Source: Verrucomicrobiota bacterium (GTDB taxonomy: Bacteria; Chlamydiota; Chlamydiia; Chlamydiales; SM23-39). Taken from it: a stretch of 64,000 nucleotides of DNA. Positions 26,645-38,978 of this stretch are shown in pieces. The notes beneath the pieces are model-generated. The model was not told where the DNA came from. It saw only the letters and a program-made list of their open reading frames with translations, and made no database searches. The translations under genes and the position numbers were made by a program. Within the stretch, counting starts at the first letter, position 1, and each line of letters starts with the position of its first letter. The stretch covers positions 19,409 to 83,408 of the forward strand of contig JAGWKO010000001.1 of NCBI GenBank assembly GCA_028873295.1, in the 5' to 3' direction.

Positions 26645-27942
26645 GATTTTTTTTTCTCCTCCCTCTCCTCTGCTCATCTCTTTCTCTATTTGGGGAAGAT
26701 CCCTTGTCTCTAATAATCATGGGTTATGGGGGTAGGGCCCAATGGTTGCTTTTGGAATGTTTAAAGCAGAAAGGAGAAATTTCAGTCATCGCAATCTGTG
26801 ACGATCGAGCAGAAGAATGTCTCGATTACATGCAGAATGAATCGCATCTTCTTAATCCTGAATTAAAATCAAAGTATGACGCAGCTGTGCAGCAGGTTGC
26901 TCTTTATTCGGATTCTCCAGAAGACATTCGCAAAATGTTGCAAAACCATCAAGAAACAGATCTGATTTGGATTACCTCAAGAAATGACCGTCATTTCTTG
27001 CATCTCACTGAAGTTTTACAGTACTCTTCCTGTCAAAGGATTTTCATGGAAAAACCCCTCTTTCGAACACTCGATGAATTCGAGCGTTTTGATTGGGGAC
27101 TTGTTAAAGAGAGAGAGGTGGTCATTGGACTGACCCTTCGCTACTCGACAATGGCAACAATCGTAGCAGAATGGCTACAAGAACATTCTCATCTACTTGG
27201 GAAACTACAGAATGTGCAAGCTTGGGAGCATCTTGCCTTCTCACACGCACTTCATTCTTTTGTCTTGGGAACTCGTTGCCATCGTAGTATGTGGGGGGGG
27301 CTTTTGCTTGAAAAATCAATCCACGATCTTGATTTAGCGCTTTTGTGTGTTTCTAAATGTGGGTTCTCCCCATCAAAAATCGATATTGAAACAACCGCTG
27401 CGAATCGTTTTTTCACCAACTCAAATCGAGAGGAAATTCTCCAGTATTGCGACGATTCATTAAGTATTATTGTAGATCAACATCTAGCAAACTATCCATT
27501 GGATGACAACTTTTTTATGAGCGATTTCATTCCTGATTATCATCGCTGTTCCGCGCGCCTTTTTTCTGAAGAGAGTGATCCTATCGATGTAGAAGTAGAA
27601 ACTGATATGAGCTCCTACCGCGAACAAATGGAACGTGCAGTTCTTCTTTCTTTTGAAAAAGGTCAACTTTTAGTCGATATCATGGCAAGCTGCATGACTG
27701 TTACTTATGAAGATGGCACATGCTCAAACATCGATCTTCACACCAATTATGGGGGACATGCGGACGGAGATCGTTACGTGATCAAGACGATTTTAAAAGA
27801 AAAAATGTCGAGCGATCATTTTTATGTCACAATTACGGACAAAATTGTGAAACTTGCTAATTTCATCGCTCTAGTTTCAGAAAAGCAAGCGGTTGAAAAT
27901 ACACCAAAAAAACATGAAAAGTTTGACTTTAGAGGTAATTAG
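26611..27942 (+). CDS. Gfo/Idh/MocA-like oxidoreductase (3' end replaced by MITE insertion)
   Basis: Rossmann N-terminus (IIMGYGGRAQ..AICDD..DLIWITSRNDRHF..MEKPL). The present stop codon TAG 27940..27942 lies inside the element TIR. Confidence 0.6.
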   Translation: MQCRYIAERTVGFFFLLPLLCSSLSLFGEDPLSLIIMGYGGRAQWLLLECLKQKGEISVIAICDDRAEECLDYMQNESHLLNPELKSKYDAAVQQVALYSDSPEDIRKMLQNHQETDLIWITSRNDRHFLHLTEVLQYSSCQRIFMEKPLFRTLDEFERFDWGLVKEREVVIGLTLRYSTMATIVAEWLQEHSHLLGKLQNVQAWEHLAFSHALHSFVLGTRCHRSMWGGLLLEKSIHDLDLALLCVSKCGFSPSKIDIETTAANRFFTNSNREEILQYCDDSLSIIVDQHLANYPLDDNFFMSDFIPDYHRCSARLFSEESDPIDVEVETDMSSYREQMERAVLLSFEKGQLLVDIMASCMTVTYEDGTCSNIDLHTNYGGHADGDRYVIKTILKEKMSSDHFYVTITDKIVKLANFIALVSEKQAVENTPKKHEKFDFRGN

Positions 27943-28301
27943 TCACGGGGTGCGGGAAGAGGGCAACCACTAAGTTGCTTTTACTCACTGCCGCCCTCGG
28001 TCTTGGTCGCTGCGCTCCCGCGCCTCGGTTGCCACCCTCCATTTGGAGCTACCGCTCCAAATGTAGGGCTATGTAGTCAACGATTCCTGTAGAGACAAAG
28101 CATCTTTATGTTGGAGTTATACAAAAGATTTTGCTACCATTCCTACTACTATGAAGCCGACCTACGAGCAACTTGAACAGATTGTCCTCAATCAACAAAA
28201 GACGATCCTCGACCAGCAAAAAATGATCGTTGAGCTGAGGAAAACCATTCAGACACTGCAAGAAAAGGTGGCGACTCTCGAAGCACCCCGTGACTAATTA
28301 C
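27935..28301 (+). mobile_element. 367-bp MITE / internally deleted IS (IS66-family-like) with 19-bp perfect TIRs and 8-bp TSD
   Basis: TIR GTAATTAGTCACGGGGTGC at 27935..27953, with its reverse complement at 28283..28301. Direct repeat CTTTAGAG at 27927..27934 and 28302..28309. A residual 48-codon coiled-coil ORF lies at 28151..28297. Confidence 0.8.
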
Positions 28302-28343
28302 CTTTAGAGCGTATGAAAGCGCCGAAATTTGCAGGTTGGGCTC

Positions 28344-29135
28344 ATGAAAATATTCAATATCTCCCCTTTTTGGGGGACAAGCATATTTTGTTCCTTTGGA
28401 TATCTATTTGGCGAAATGCTACCTCCAGCCTCGATACCAGAGACATTGTTCGATGCCTATACTCTGCACGAGCAAATACCTGTGGAGCAACACTACTTAA
28501 ATGACACATGTATCAGTCCCATTAAGTATACAAAAAATGAAGTTGATTTTTTTTTGGGAAAAGCTGCGCGTAGAGAGGCCAATTATTACGGGATCACTGA
28601 TCTTTGGTTCTACGACGCTCTCGAAGATTTCTCCGAACATTTCCTAAATCAAGAAGTTGCAATTATTGGTTCTACTGTTCCATGGTATGAGAGTATTGTT
28701 TTACATTTTGGAGGAAAACCATTTACAATAGACTACAATCCGATTACCGTAGAAGACTCCAGACTTTCTGCAATAACTGTAGCAGAATATCAGCGGAATC
28801 CAAGGCAATTCGATGTTGTAGTCTCGATTTCAAGTTATGAGCATGATGGTCTAGGAAGATATGGAGATCTTCTTGATCCTAACGGAGACCTAAAAGCGAT
28901 GGAAGAATGCAAACGCATGCTTAAACCGAATGGCATTCTCATACTTGCTGTTCCTGTTGGCCCAGACCTTTTGGTCTGGAATGCTCATCGCATTTATGGC
29001 AAATTACGTCTACCGATGCTTCTCAATGGTTGGCGTATAATAAAGAGTTATGGTTTTGACCCTCTGGATTTTTTGGAATACCAAGTCGATCATCACCAGC
29101 CAATCTTCGTCCTGACAAAGAACCTATCCCAGTAA
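28344..29135 (+). CDS. DUF268-like putative SAM-dependent methyltransferase
   Basis: VAIIGSTVPWYE..FDVVVSISSYEHDGLGRYGD..LKPNGILILAVPVG..HRIYG matches my memory of the DUF268 family, which is mostly nematode. ATG 28344 is preferred over TTG 28329. Confidence 0.55.
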   Translation: MKIFNISPFWGTSIFCSFGYLFGEMLPPASIPETLFDAYTLHEQIPVEQHYLNDTCISPIKYTKNEVDFFLGKAARREANYYGITDLWFYDALEDFSEHFLNQEVAIIGSTVPWYESIVLHFGGKPFTIDYNPITVEDSRLSAITVAEYQRNPRQFDVVVSISSYEHDGLGRYGDLLDPNGDLKAMEECKRMLKPNGILILAVPVGPDLLVWNAHRIYGKLRLPMLLNGWRIIKSYGFDPLDFLEYQVDHHQPIFVLTKNLSQ

Positions 29136-29152
29136 TGGGGCAATGACCCGCC

Positions 29153-29854
29153 CTAATAACCTGGTACATCATATCCGTACCGTCGAGCCATTATGCCGAT
29201 CTTGTTGAAAAGATCCAATGGAATATTCTGCTGCAACATTTCCCACGTAATGGTCAAAGCTTTACCAGAACTGCCCAAATGTTTAGGAATGCCACACATA
29301 GAAATACGATCGCAATGAAGATTTAAACGCGCTTCAAATTCATCAATTACATCACTGTCTGTCAAATTTTCTACTTTATATGTCCACTCGGAAAAACTTT
29401 CAATCTTCTTATTCCAGTAATACCAATACTTAGCACTTTTTATTAATGGATCATCGTTTTGGTTTATTTCTGGCACTTGCTGGTAGATAAATGACAATGA
29501 AGGACTAGCCGGAAGCTCATTCATCAGGGCTAAAACAGAGGCTATAACAGAAAGAGGATGTCGCACTTGGTGGAATGTGTGATGAAATTTTGCTCCCTCC
29601 ATTTCCTCTCCTTGTTCATTATAAAAACCAGTTGCAAAAGGCCAACCTACGTAACCATCTGATTCAATGCATCCAAGCCCAACAGAAAGTCCAGCACTTA
29701 GTAAACAGTAATAAGCATATCGAGTGCCACCGTGCACACAGCCAATAACCTGAATATTGTATTCGGGTTGCACATCAAAAGGCTTTGTATTACTACAATA
29801 TGGAGCAACAAAAATTGTAATGAATGTCAATATTCTAAATCTAAAATAGATCAT
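29153..29854 (-). CDS. Hypothetical signal-anchored protein, possibly sulfotransferase-like
   Basis: N-terminal hydrophobic anchor. GCVHGGTRY is a possible 5'-PSB-like loop and VRHPLSVIAS fits the RxPxxxxxS 3'-PB-like motif. The assignment is weak. Confidence 0.35.
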   Translation of the reverse strand: MIYFRFRILTFITIFVAPYCSNTKPFDVQPEYNIQVIGCVHGGTRYAYYCLLSAGLSVGLGCIESDGYVGWPFATGFYNEQGEEMEGAKFHHTFHQVRHPLSVIASVLALMNELPASPSLSFIYQQVPEINQNDDPLIKSAKYWYYWNKKIESFSEWTYKVENLTDSDVIDEFEARLNLHCDRISMCGIPKHLGSSGKALTITWEMLQQNIPLDLFNKIGIMARRYGYDVPGY

Positions 29855-30087
29855 CGATCGGCTAGGCGACAAAAAGTTGCGAATAGTTGCGTTTTATCTT
29901 TTTAAAAGTAGTCTGAGCGACCTCTTCCCCTGTATCTTTAACTGCCGCGCATTTCTTACCATGTTTGACAGGACGAAGAATCACGGACTTTCCTTTTTTC
30001 TTCACAAGAACGGTACCACAAATAGTTATTTTTTGAGTAACCTATATAGATCGGTTAGGCGACGAAAGGGTCGCGAATCCCTACTCT

Positions 30088-31356
30088 CTAGATTTTTAAC
30101 CCGTGTTCTAAATAAGAATTGAGAGTAATAATTTTTCCCTCAATTTTTTGTTCCTTCATTCCTGCATGAAGGGCTCTTTGTTCACGTTCCATCGTGGCAT
30201 GATCATCTGCATTCCAGACAACTTGAAAGAATTTTTTTTGTCCTCGAGTTGACTGCACTATAAAATCGATTTCGTAACGCTCTTCAGTTAAATAATAACT
30301 GACTTTACATTCCAGACGCCTCAACTCTAAATAAACAATGTTTTCGAATAAACGGTCACGATCATTCTCATAATCAAGTGTAACTGCTCTTGCAATTCCA
30401 GAGTCAATCGAATAGTTTTTTTTTGGATTCGTTTGCACTTTTCGAATGGACAAATCGTAAAGAGGAACTAAAAAAGCTAAATAAGCATCTTCAATATGAT
30501 CAGCATAATCATAAAGAACATCCTTAGTAACCGAATAGCCACGACTTTTCAAATCATTATAAAATTTATTAATTGAAAATGGTCTTCCCACATTGTGCAA
30601 CATAGAAAGAATCATCTCTTTGATGATTCCAGTGGTTTTAATTCCATGGCGTTCAATAATATCTCGATAAATAGCTATATCGATATATTCCTGCAAAATC
30701 TTTTGCTTGAAATCAGGATTATCTATTGCAACAATCTCAGGGAAACCGCCGCTTGTTAAATAGTCAAGAAACAAGTGAGTTAGTTTATCCTCTGTTTTTT
30801 TGTCATATAATTCATGATTTAGACAAATCTTTTTGGCTCGAAGATATTCTTGAAAGCTATATGGCCAAATTTCAGTTGCAAGAGCCCTCCCTCGTAAACT
30901 GGTTGCGATTTCTTTGCTCAACAATTTAGCCGATGAACCGGTTAAATAAATTTCGACATCCTTGCTATCCTGTAACCGACGCACAACAAGAGGCCAATGA
31001 TCAACATTTTGTATTTCATCTAAAAACAAGTAACATCTTCTATCATAATTTTCAGGATAAAGAGAAAAGAAGGCATCGATTAATAAAGCCATTTTTTTTT
31101 GATCTGTTGGCAAGAGACGATCGTCTTCAAAATTGATGTATAAAATAGAAGATTTAGGAATGCCCTCTCGTATTAATTTGAAAATGTGTTGATAAACAAA
31201 ATAAGTTTTTCCAGAGCGCCGCATCCCCATAGCCACCTTGATTTTTCCTGAAACATCGGAAAACTCGGCATCTCGAACTGTAAAATCTTTAATTCTGTCT
31301 AACTTGTCCCAGAATTCACCAAGGAGTTTTTTGAGAATAGCGCTCTCTTCCATCAT
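30088..31356 (-). CDS. AAA-type ATPase with DUF4143-like domain (second copy)
   Basis: Walker A GMRRSGKT and Walker B LFLDEIQ. Hand counts of 60-nt lines give about 33-37 percent GC, against 47-57 percent in tmk/gyrA. Confidence 0.7.
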   Translation of the reverse strand: MMEESAILKKLLGEFWDKLDRIKDFTVRDAEFSDVSGKIKVAMGMRRSGKTYFVYQHIFKLIREGIPKSSILYINFEDDRLLPTDQKKMALLIDAFFSLYPENYDRRCYLFLDEIQNVDHWPLVVRRLQDSKDVEIYLTGSSAKLLSKEIATSLRGRALATEIWPYSFQEYLRAKKICLNHELYDKKTEDKLTHLFLDYLTSGGFPEIVAIDNPDFKQKILQEYIDIAIYRDIIERHGIKTTGIIKEMILSMLHNVGRPFSINKFYNDLKSRGYSVTKDVLYDYADHIEDAYLAFLVPLYDLSIRKVQTNPKKNYSIDSGIARAVTLDYENDRDRLFENIVYLELRRLECKVSYYLTEERYEIDFIVQSTRGQKKFFQVVWNADDHATMEREQRALHAGMKEQKIEGKIITLNSYLEHGLKI

Positions 31357-31428
31357 TTCTTTCCTCTCTTTAAGGACAGGATATCATAAATCTATCCTTT
31401 TTTTGAGGAAAGATTTATAAGTCATTAA

Positions 31429-32067
31429 CTACAAGGTCTTTGAGCTGTTGCAAAACTTCCCCCCTATCACCTCCATCGCCCTCTCACAGAGCTCCTCCTC
31501 ACTCACCGAAGCATCAAGAGAATGTATTCTCTCCGGATTCTCGCGGCAAAGAAGCAAGTACCCCTCTCGAATCTTATAGTGAAACGCCATCTCCTCTGCT
31601 TCGATGCGATCGCGCATCTGTCTTCCTGCCATGCGCTTTTTCCCCAGCTCAGGATCAATGTCGAGATAAAGAGTGAGATCGGGCTCTAAAGCCCCTGCGA
31701 AAAAAGTGCAAAGAAAAGCAACTTCCTTTATGCCAAGGCTCCTTGCAAATCCTTGATAGACAATTGTGGAGTCATTGAAGCGATCAGAAAGAACCCATCT
31801 GCCCTCCGCCAAAGCGGGGCGAATACGGCTCTCCACCTGCTGCGCACGGGAAGCAAGAAAGAGAGCGAGTTCTGCCCGGGGCCCAAGAGTTTGCTGGGAG
31901 TGCAAAAGCAGCTTGCGAACCTCCTCGCCAAGAGGAGTCCCCCCAGGCTCTCGTGTTAAAAGGGGGGAGATGCCGCGAGCAGAAAGCGACTCTGTCAACC
32001 GTGCAATGAGAGTGCTCTTTCCTGCCCCCTCCCCGCCTTCGATTGTGATGAAGACTCCACGCTTCAC
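31429..32067 (-). CDS. tmk: Thymidylate kinase
   Basis: FITIEGGEGAGKST and DRF motifs, 212 aa. Overlaps the gyrA stop by 4 nt. Confidence 0.9.
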   Translation of the reverse strand: MKRGVFITIEGGEGAGKSTLIARLTESLSARGISPLLTREPGGTPLGEEVRKLLLHSQQTLGPRAELALFLASRAQQVESRIRPALAEGRWVLSDRFNDSTIVYQGFARSLGIKEVAFLCTFFAGALEPDLTLYLDIDPELGKKRMAGRQMRDRIEAEEMAFHYKIREGYLLLCRENPERIHSLDASVSEEELCERAMEVIGGKFCNSSKTL

Positions 32068-34517
32068 GCAGGCTCTTCTACCTCTGCTTCTACTTTCTGC
32101 GCCGTCACAACGGTGTCTCCCTTTTCCTTCACGTTGACAAGACGCACGCCTTGGGTTGAGCGCCCCATCACTCGCACATCGCTCATTGGGATACGCACAG
32201 TCTGCCCCGTTGCAGAGATGAGAAGAACGCTTTCCGCATCCGCAACGCTCAACGCCTCTACGACCATGCCATTGCGCTCTGATGTAATGATCGAACGAAC
32301 ACCCACGCCTCCGCGATGTGTCTGACGGAAATCAGAGACAAGCGACCGCTTTCCAAACCCTTGCTCGCAAATGAGAAGAATTGTCTGCTCTGGAGTGACT
32401 ACTTCAAGGCTCACAACCCGATCCTCTTTTTCGCGAACGGTAATGCCGCGAACACCTCGGCCCGTACGTCCGATCGCTCTCACTTCAGTCTCGTCAAAGC
32501 GCACAGCCATCCCCTCACGCGTAAAGAGCATGATCTGCTCGCCAGGGCGTACAATACGCGCCGCAATCAGCTCATCGCCCTCATCAATCGTCAGAGCATA
32601 GACCCCCTTCCTTCGCGGAGTGTCAAACTCGGAAAGAAGTGTCTTCTTCACTACGCCCTTCAGGGTCGCAAGAAGAAGAGAGGCCTCCTCAGAAAACTCG
32701 CGCACCTTCAACACGGCAGCTACCCGCTCCCCTTCCCGCAAATCCTCAAGAAGGTTGATGAGAGGCTTGCCCTTTGTACGGCGTCCTCCTTCAGGAATCT
32801 GCCACACCTTCAGCCAGTAACATCTGCCATGATTAGTGAAAAGAAGCAGCGTATCATGCGTCGAGGCGACATAGAGATGCTTTGCTACATCTTCATCGCT
32901 CTTCATCTCAAGGCCAGCCACTCCAGCCCCTCCACGCCTCTGCTCCCGGAAAGTCTGCAACGGCATGCGCTTGATATAATCGTCATTCGAGAGAGTGATC
33001 ACCATCTGCTCGTCTGCAATCAGATCCTCCATCTGGAGCTCCCCTTCCGCAGCGACAATTTGCGTCCGTCTCTCTGACTTGTGCTGCTCTTTAAGGCCTT
33101 CCAGCTCTCCCCGAATCACATCACGTACAAGGGCCTCTGATGCAAGAAGCTCCCTATAGCGCGCAATTTTTTCCAGAAGATCTCGATACTCTGCGTGTAC
33201 CTTGTCTGACTCAAGACCAGTTAGCTGATAAAGGCGTAAATCGAGCACCGCATTTGCCTGCTTCTCCGTCATATCAAAGCGCTGCATCAGATCAATTTTT
33301 GCAGCCTCGCGATTGGCAGCTGCGCGAATGCGCTGTACTACCTCGTCAAGTGCTTGGAGCGCCTTGAGATAGCCCTCCAAAATATGCGCTCGCGCCTCTG
33401 CTTTTGCAAGCTCAAAACGCGTGCGTCTTCGAATCATCTCAATGCGATGGTCAATCCAGGCGCCAATGAACTGCTTAATATTCATTGTTCTTGGAAGACC
33501 GCGATCGAGTGCGAGCATGTTGCAGCCAAAGCTCACCTGGAGAGCGCTATGCTTCCAGAGCTGATTGATCGATACATCAGGGACCTCTCCGCGCTTGAGC
33601 TCAAAGACGACTCGAAGACCATCCTTATCCGATTCATCGCGCACATCGGAAATGCCGGGAATCACCTTCTGCTGGACAAGTTCTGCCACCTCTTCGATCA
33701 TACGCGACTTCATCACGTTGTAAGGAATCTCGTCGACGACGATCTGTTGACGTCCATTCTCAAGATCCTCCACTCGCACTTTGGCGCGAAGAACCAGCTT
33801 TCCCCGTCCTGTGTGGTAGGCTTCCTTGATGCCGCGATAGCCACAAATAATCCCCCCTGTTGGGAAATCAGGACCCGGCATCAACTTCATAAGCTCTTCT
33901 ATTGTCGCCTGGCGATTCTCCAAAAGAAAAAGCGTTGCAGAGATGAGCTCGGATAAATTGTGAGGCGGAATATTGGTCGCCATCCCCACCGCAATACCCG
34001 TCGAGCCGTTACAGAGAAGGTTCGGAAATTTTGCCGGAAAGACAGTAGGCTCCAGCTTGGTCTCATCGTAGTTGGAGACCATCTCCACAGTCTCCTTCTC
34101 CAAATCCTCCATTAAAGCAGTCGCAGCCGCGGTAAGCCTTGCTTCCGTATAACGCATCGCAGCTGGGGGATCGCCGTCGATCGATCCAAAGTTACCCTGC
34201 CCATTGATCAGCGTATAGCGCATCGCCCAGTCTTGTGCCATGCGCACAAGCGTTGGGTAGATCACCGTCTCACCGTGAGGGTGAAAATCACCAGAGGTGT
34301 CTCCGGAAATTTTCGCGCATTTACGGTGCTTGGCGTTGGGGCCAAGATTAAGCTGCCGCATCGCATAGAGGATTCTTCTCTGCGAGGGTTTCAATCCATC
34401 GCGCACATCAGGGAGAGCACGAGAGATGATCACCGACATCGAATAGCGCAAATAACTCTCTTTTACCTCTTCTTCCACAGTGCGCGGAAGAATCACTTCG
34501 TCTTCTGTATAGGACAT
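32064..34517 (-). CDS. gyrA: DNA gyrase subunit A
   Basis: [19 protein letters not shown] and C-terminal beta-pinwheel repeats, 817 aa. Confidence 0.95.
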   Translation of the reverse strand: MSYTEDEVILPRTVEEEVKESYLRYSMSVIISRALPDVRDGLKPSQRRILYAMRQLNLGPNAKHRKCAKISGDTSGDFHPHGETVIYPTLVRMAQDWAMRYTLINGQGNFGSIDGDPPAAMRYTEARLTAAATALMEDLEKETVEMVSNYDETKLEPTVFPAKFPNLLCNGSTGIAVGMATNIPPHNLSELISATLFLLENRQATIEELMKLMPGPDFPTGGIICGYRGIKEAYHTGRGKLVLRAKVRVEDLENGRQQIVVDEIPYNVMKSRMIEEVAELVQQKVIPGISDVRDESDKDGLRVVFELKRGEVPDVSINQLWKHSALQVSFGCNMLALDRGLPRTMNIKQFIGAWIDHRIEMIRRRTRFELAKAEARAHILEGYLKALQALDEVVQRIRAAANREAAKIDLMQRFDMTEKQANAVLDLRLYQLTGLESDKVHAEYRDLLEKIARYRELLASEALVRDVIRGELEGLKEQHKSERRTQIVAAEGELQMEDLIADEQMVITLSNDDYIKRMPLQTFREQRRGGAGVAGLEMKSDEDVAKHLYVASTHDTLLLFTNHGRCYWLKVWQIPEGGRRTKGKPLINLLEDLREGERVAAVLKVREFSEEASLLLATLKGVVKKTLLSEFDTPRRKGVYALTIDEGDELIAARIVRPGEQIMLFTREGMAVRFDETEVRAIGRTGRGVRGITVREKEDRVVSLEVVTPEQTILLICEQGFGKRSLVSDFRQTHRGGVGVRSIITSERNGMVVEALSVADAESVLLISATGQTVRIPMSDVRVMGRSTQGVRLVNVKEKGDTVVTAQKVEAEVEEPA

Positions 34518-34530
34518 CGTTTTTTCTCTC

Positions 34531-37050
<2,520 letters not shown>

Positions 37051-37389
37051 TTAGCCTATGCGGAAGAGAAGATCTTTGATAGAAAATTTGTCCTGCAACT
37101 GGCGCAAAAGAGTTCCCTTCTCCTGTTGAGAGAGGAGACTGTAGAGCACAGAGCTCTTAACGCGTACTGTGAGCACACCCTCTTCAAAAGAAAGAGGCTC
37201 CGTAAAGGGCGCCATTTTTGGACCGATCAAAAGGAACCATTCAGAAAAAATCGCTTCCCTCGGATCCTGAACGCGCTTGTTCAGATGCTGCATCCATTCA
37301 GGAAGCAGTTGATCGATCCGTTTTGCAGGATTCTCTATGCCATCAAAATATTTCGGGGTGCGGCGCATACGTATACCTTTCGTGATCAA
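37051..37389 (-). CDS. DUF721 / DciA-like protein
   Basis: 112 aa, W..IGPKMA..T.P..FEEGVLTVRV.SSV pattern. Conserved position upstream of gyrB. Confidence 0.6.
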   Translation of the reverse strand: MITKGIRMRRTPKYFDGIENPAKRIDQLLPEWMQHLNKRVQDPREAIFSEWFLLIGPKMAPFTEPLSFEEGVLTVRVKSSVLYSLLSQQEKGTLLRQLQDKFSIKDLLFRIG

Positions 37390-37417
37390 CGAACCCTTAG
37401 TTATGCAAAAGGTCTAT

Positions 37418-38851
37418 TTAAAAAAACAAGGTGCTCGCGGCTTGCGCAATCAAAAAGTAGATTGTCATGGAAAGAAAATCATTGCAAGCAGTAACAACAG
37501 GCCCTGCAGCGATCGCAGGATCGACGCCGATGCGAGCAAAGAGAAGAGGAGAAAAAACGCCGAGAAGGGTGCCAGCTACGCAGCCGCCAATGAGTCCAAG
37601 ACCGAGAATGGCAACAGAGGCAAAGGAGAGACCGCCGAAGAAATGAAAGAGCCAGACAAGAAATACGCATCCGATGCTAAAAAATCCGCCGATGAGAAGG
37701 CCGCTGAGAAGTTCTTTAAGAATCGTGCTGCGCCTGCGACTCGAAGAAAATCCTCCCATCGCCATCATGCGAACAAGCACCGTACTGCACTGCAGACCAA
37801 TATTTCCGGAAAGGCCGTTGATCAGCGGAACAAAAAACATCGCAAAGGTGAGCAGCGCCTCTGTCTTTTGCTGAAAAGAGGCCATCACTCCGACATTGAT
37901 AAGACCTGCACAGAGAGTGACAAGAAGCCAGGGGGCTCGCGTCAGAAATCTGCGAAAAATCGATTCGTGAACACTGCACTTCTCATCAGTTCCCCCGATG
38001 CGCGCTATCGTTTCATCGGCAAGATCCTCCATCGCCTCTACGATATCTTCATAGGCAATCACGCCAACAAGAGAATCTTTTTCATCCACCACAGGTAAAG
38101 AGGAAATTTTGTAGCGCTCCACAAGATCGATCACCTCTTCCCGAGTCGCATCTGGTGTTACCTTGTGCAAAACAGGACGCATCACCTGGCGAAGTGGTGT
38201 ATTCGGAGCGGTAATCATCATATTGCGCGTCGGAATAAAGCCCTGAAGCTCTCCTGAAGAGGTGCAAATAAAAATCCCCTTAGCGCAATCGATGCGAGGG
38301 TTGTCGCGCACATGAACTAGAGCCCCTGCAACCGTCATCTCCATCGGAAAGGCAAAAAATTCCGAGCTCATCAATCGCCCGGCGCTTTTGCGACCATGTT
38401 TTTTCAGCTCGCGGATGCGGGTTGCCTTTTTTATATCGATCAGCTCCATGAGACGGCGAAACTTGCGCTCAGGCATGTCCTCTACGACCCAGACCGCTTC
38501 ATCAGTTGGCATGCGCTCAAAAATCTTTTGTAGCTTCGACTCACTGAACTGGCGAAAAAGGATAAGACGCGTTTCGCTATCCGTGTTCACAAGGAACTTC
38601 ACCTTCGCGTCACAGTCCGGCAAATGCTCAAAAAGAAGAGGTCGTACAGTGGGCGGCAAATGGTAGGCAGCAATGGCAAGGTCTATCGAGGAGTGCTCAC
38701 AGGCCACCTTGATCAGGTCGTGGAGGTGCACTTTAGAGGTGCTTTCGTGAAAGCAGCTTTCCAATTTCTGCTTTAACAGCTCGTCAATTTGACCCGTAGA
38801 CGATTCTCTTTGAAGATCTTGAGTATTTTCCCAATCTTGCAGCTTCTCCAT
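37418..38851 (-). CDS. mgtE: Magnesium transporter MgtE
   Basis: N-domain, CBS pair and a C-terminal 5-TM domain with the GNIGLQ motif. Confidence 0.85.
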   Translation of the reverse strand: MEKLQDWENTQDLQRESSTGQIDELLKQKLESCFHESTSKVHLHDLIKVACEHSSIDLAIAAYHLPPTVRPLLFEHLPDCDAKVKFLVNTDSETRLILFRQFSESKLQKIFERMPTDEAVWVVEDMPERKFRRLMELIDIKKATRIRELKKHGRKSAGRLMSSEFFAFPMEMTVAGALVHVRDNPRIDCAKGIFICTSSGELQGFIPTRNMMITAPNTPLRQVMRPVLHKVTPDATREEVIDLVERYKISSLPVVDEKDSLVGVIAYEDIVEAMEDLADETIARIGGTDEKCSVHESIFRRFLTRAPWLLVTLCAGLINVGVMASFQQKTEALLTFAMFFVPLINGLSGNIGLQCSTVLVRMMAMGGFSSSRRRSTILKELLSGLLIGGFFSIGCVFLVWLFHFFGGLSFASVAILGLGLIGGCVAGTLLGVFSPLLFARIGVDPAIAAGPVVTACNDFLSMTIYFLIAQAASTLFF

Positions 38852-38948
38852 ATCTGCCTCCCCTCTCCTGGATCTAAGAGAAGGGTACTCTTCTGGAGAA
38901 AGAAATGCGAGTCAAAAAAAATCGTTGACACACGAAAAGAGATCAATG

Positions 38949-38978
38949 TTGACAATTAAATTGAATGGATGCTATAAT
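38949..38978 (+). promoter_or_regulatory. Putative promoter TTGACA-18 nt-TATAAT for second F-box gene
   Basis: Perfect hexamers. The spacer shares ATTAAATTG with the 11091..11119 promoter. The -10 element lies inside the longest ORF, which favours ATG 38992 as the start. Confidence 0.5.

Noticed and set aside
30055-30090. A tRNA 3'-end-like string (GGGTCGCGAATCCCTACTCTCTA) was considered as a possible integration att site.
   Set aside because: The T-loop would be 8 nt and no matching acceptor or D/anticodon arms are found upstream. No intact tRNA was seen anywhere in the window.
29877-30122. An 81-aa TTG-started plus-strand ORF lies between the sulfotransferase-like and ATPase genes.
   Set aside because: There is no Shine-Dalgarno sequence and no motifs. 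It spans the direct repeats and the 3' end of the ATPase gene, so it is probably spurious.
37337-38098. A 253-aa plus-strand ORF lies antisense to mgtE.
   Set aside because: It is a low-complexity basic sequence lying within a well-supported MgtE gene.
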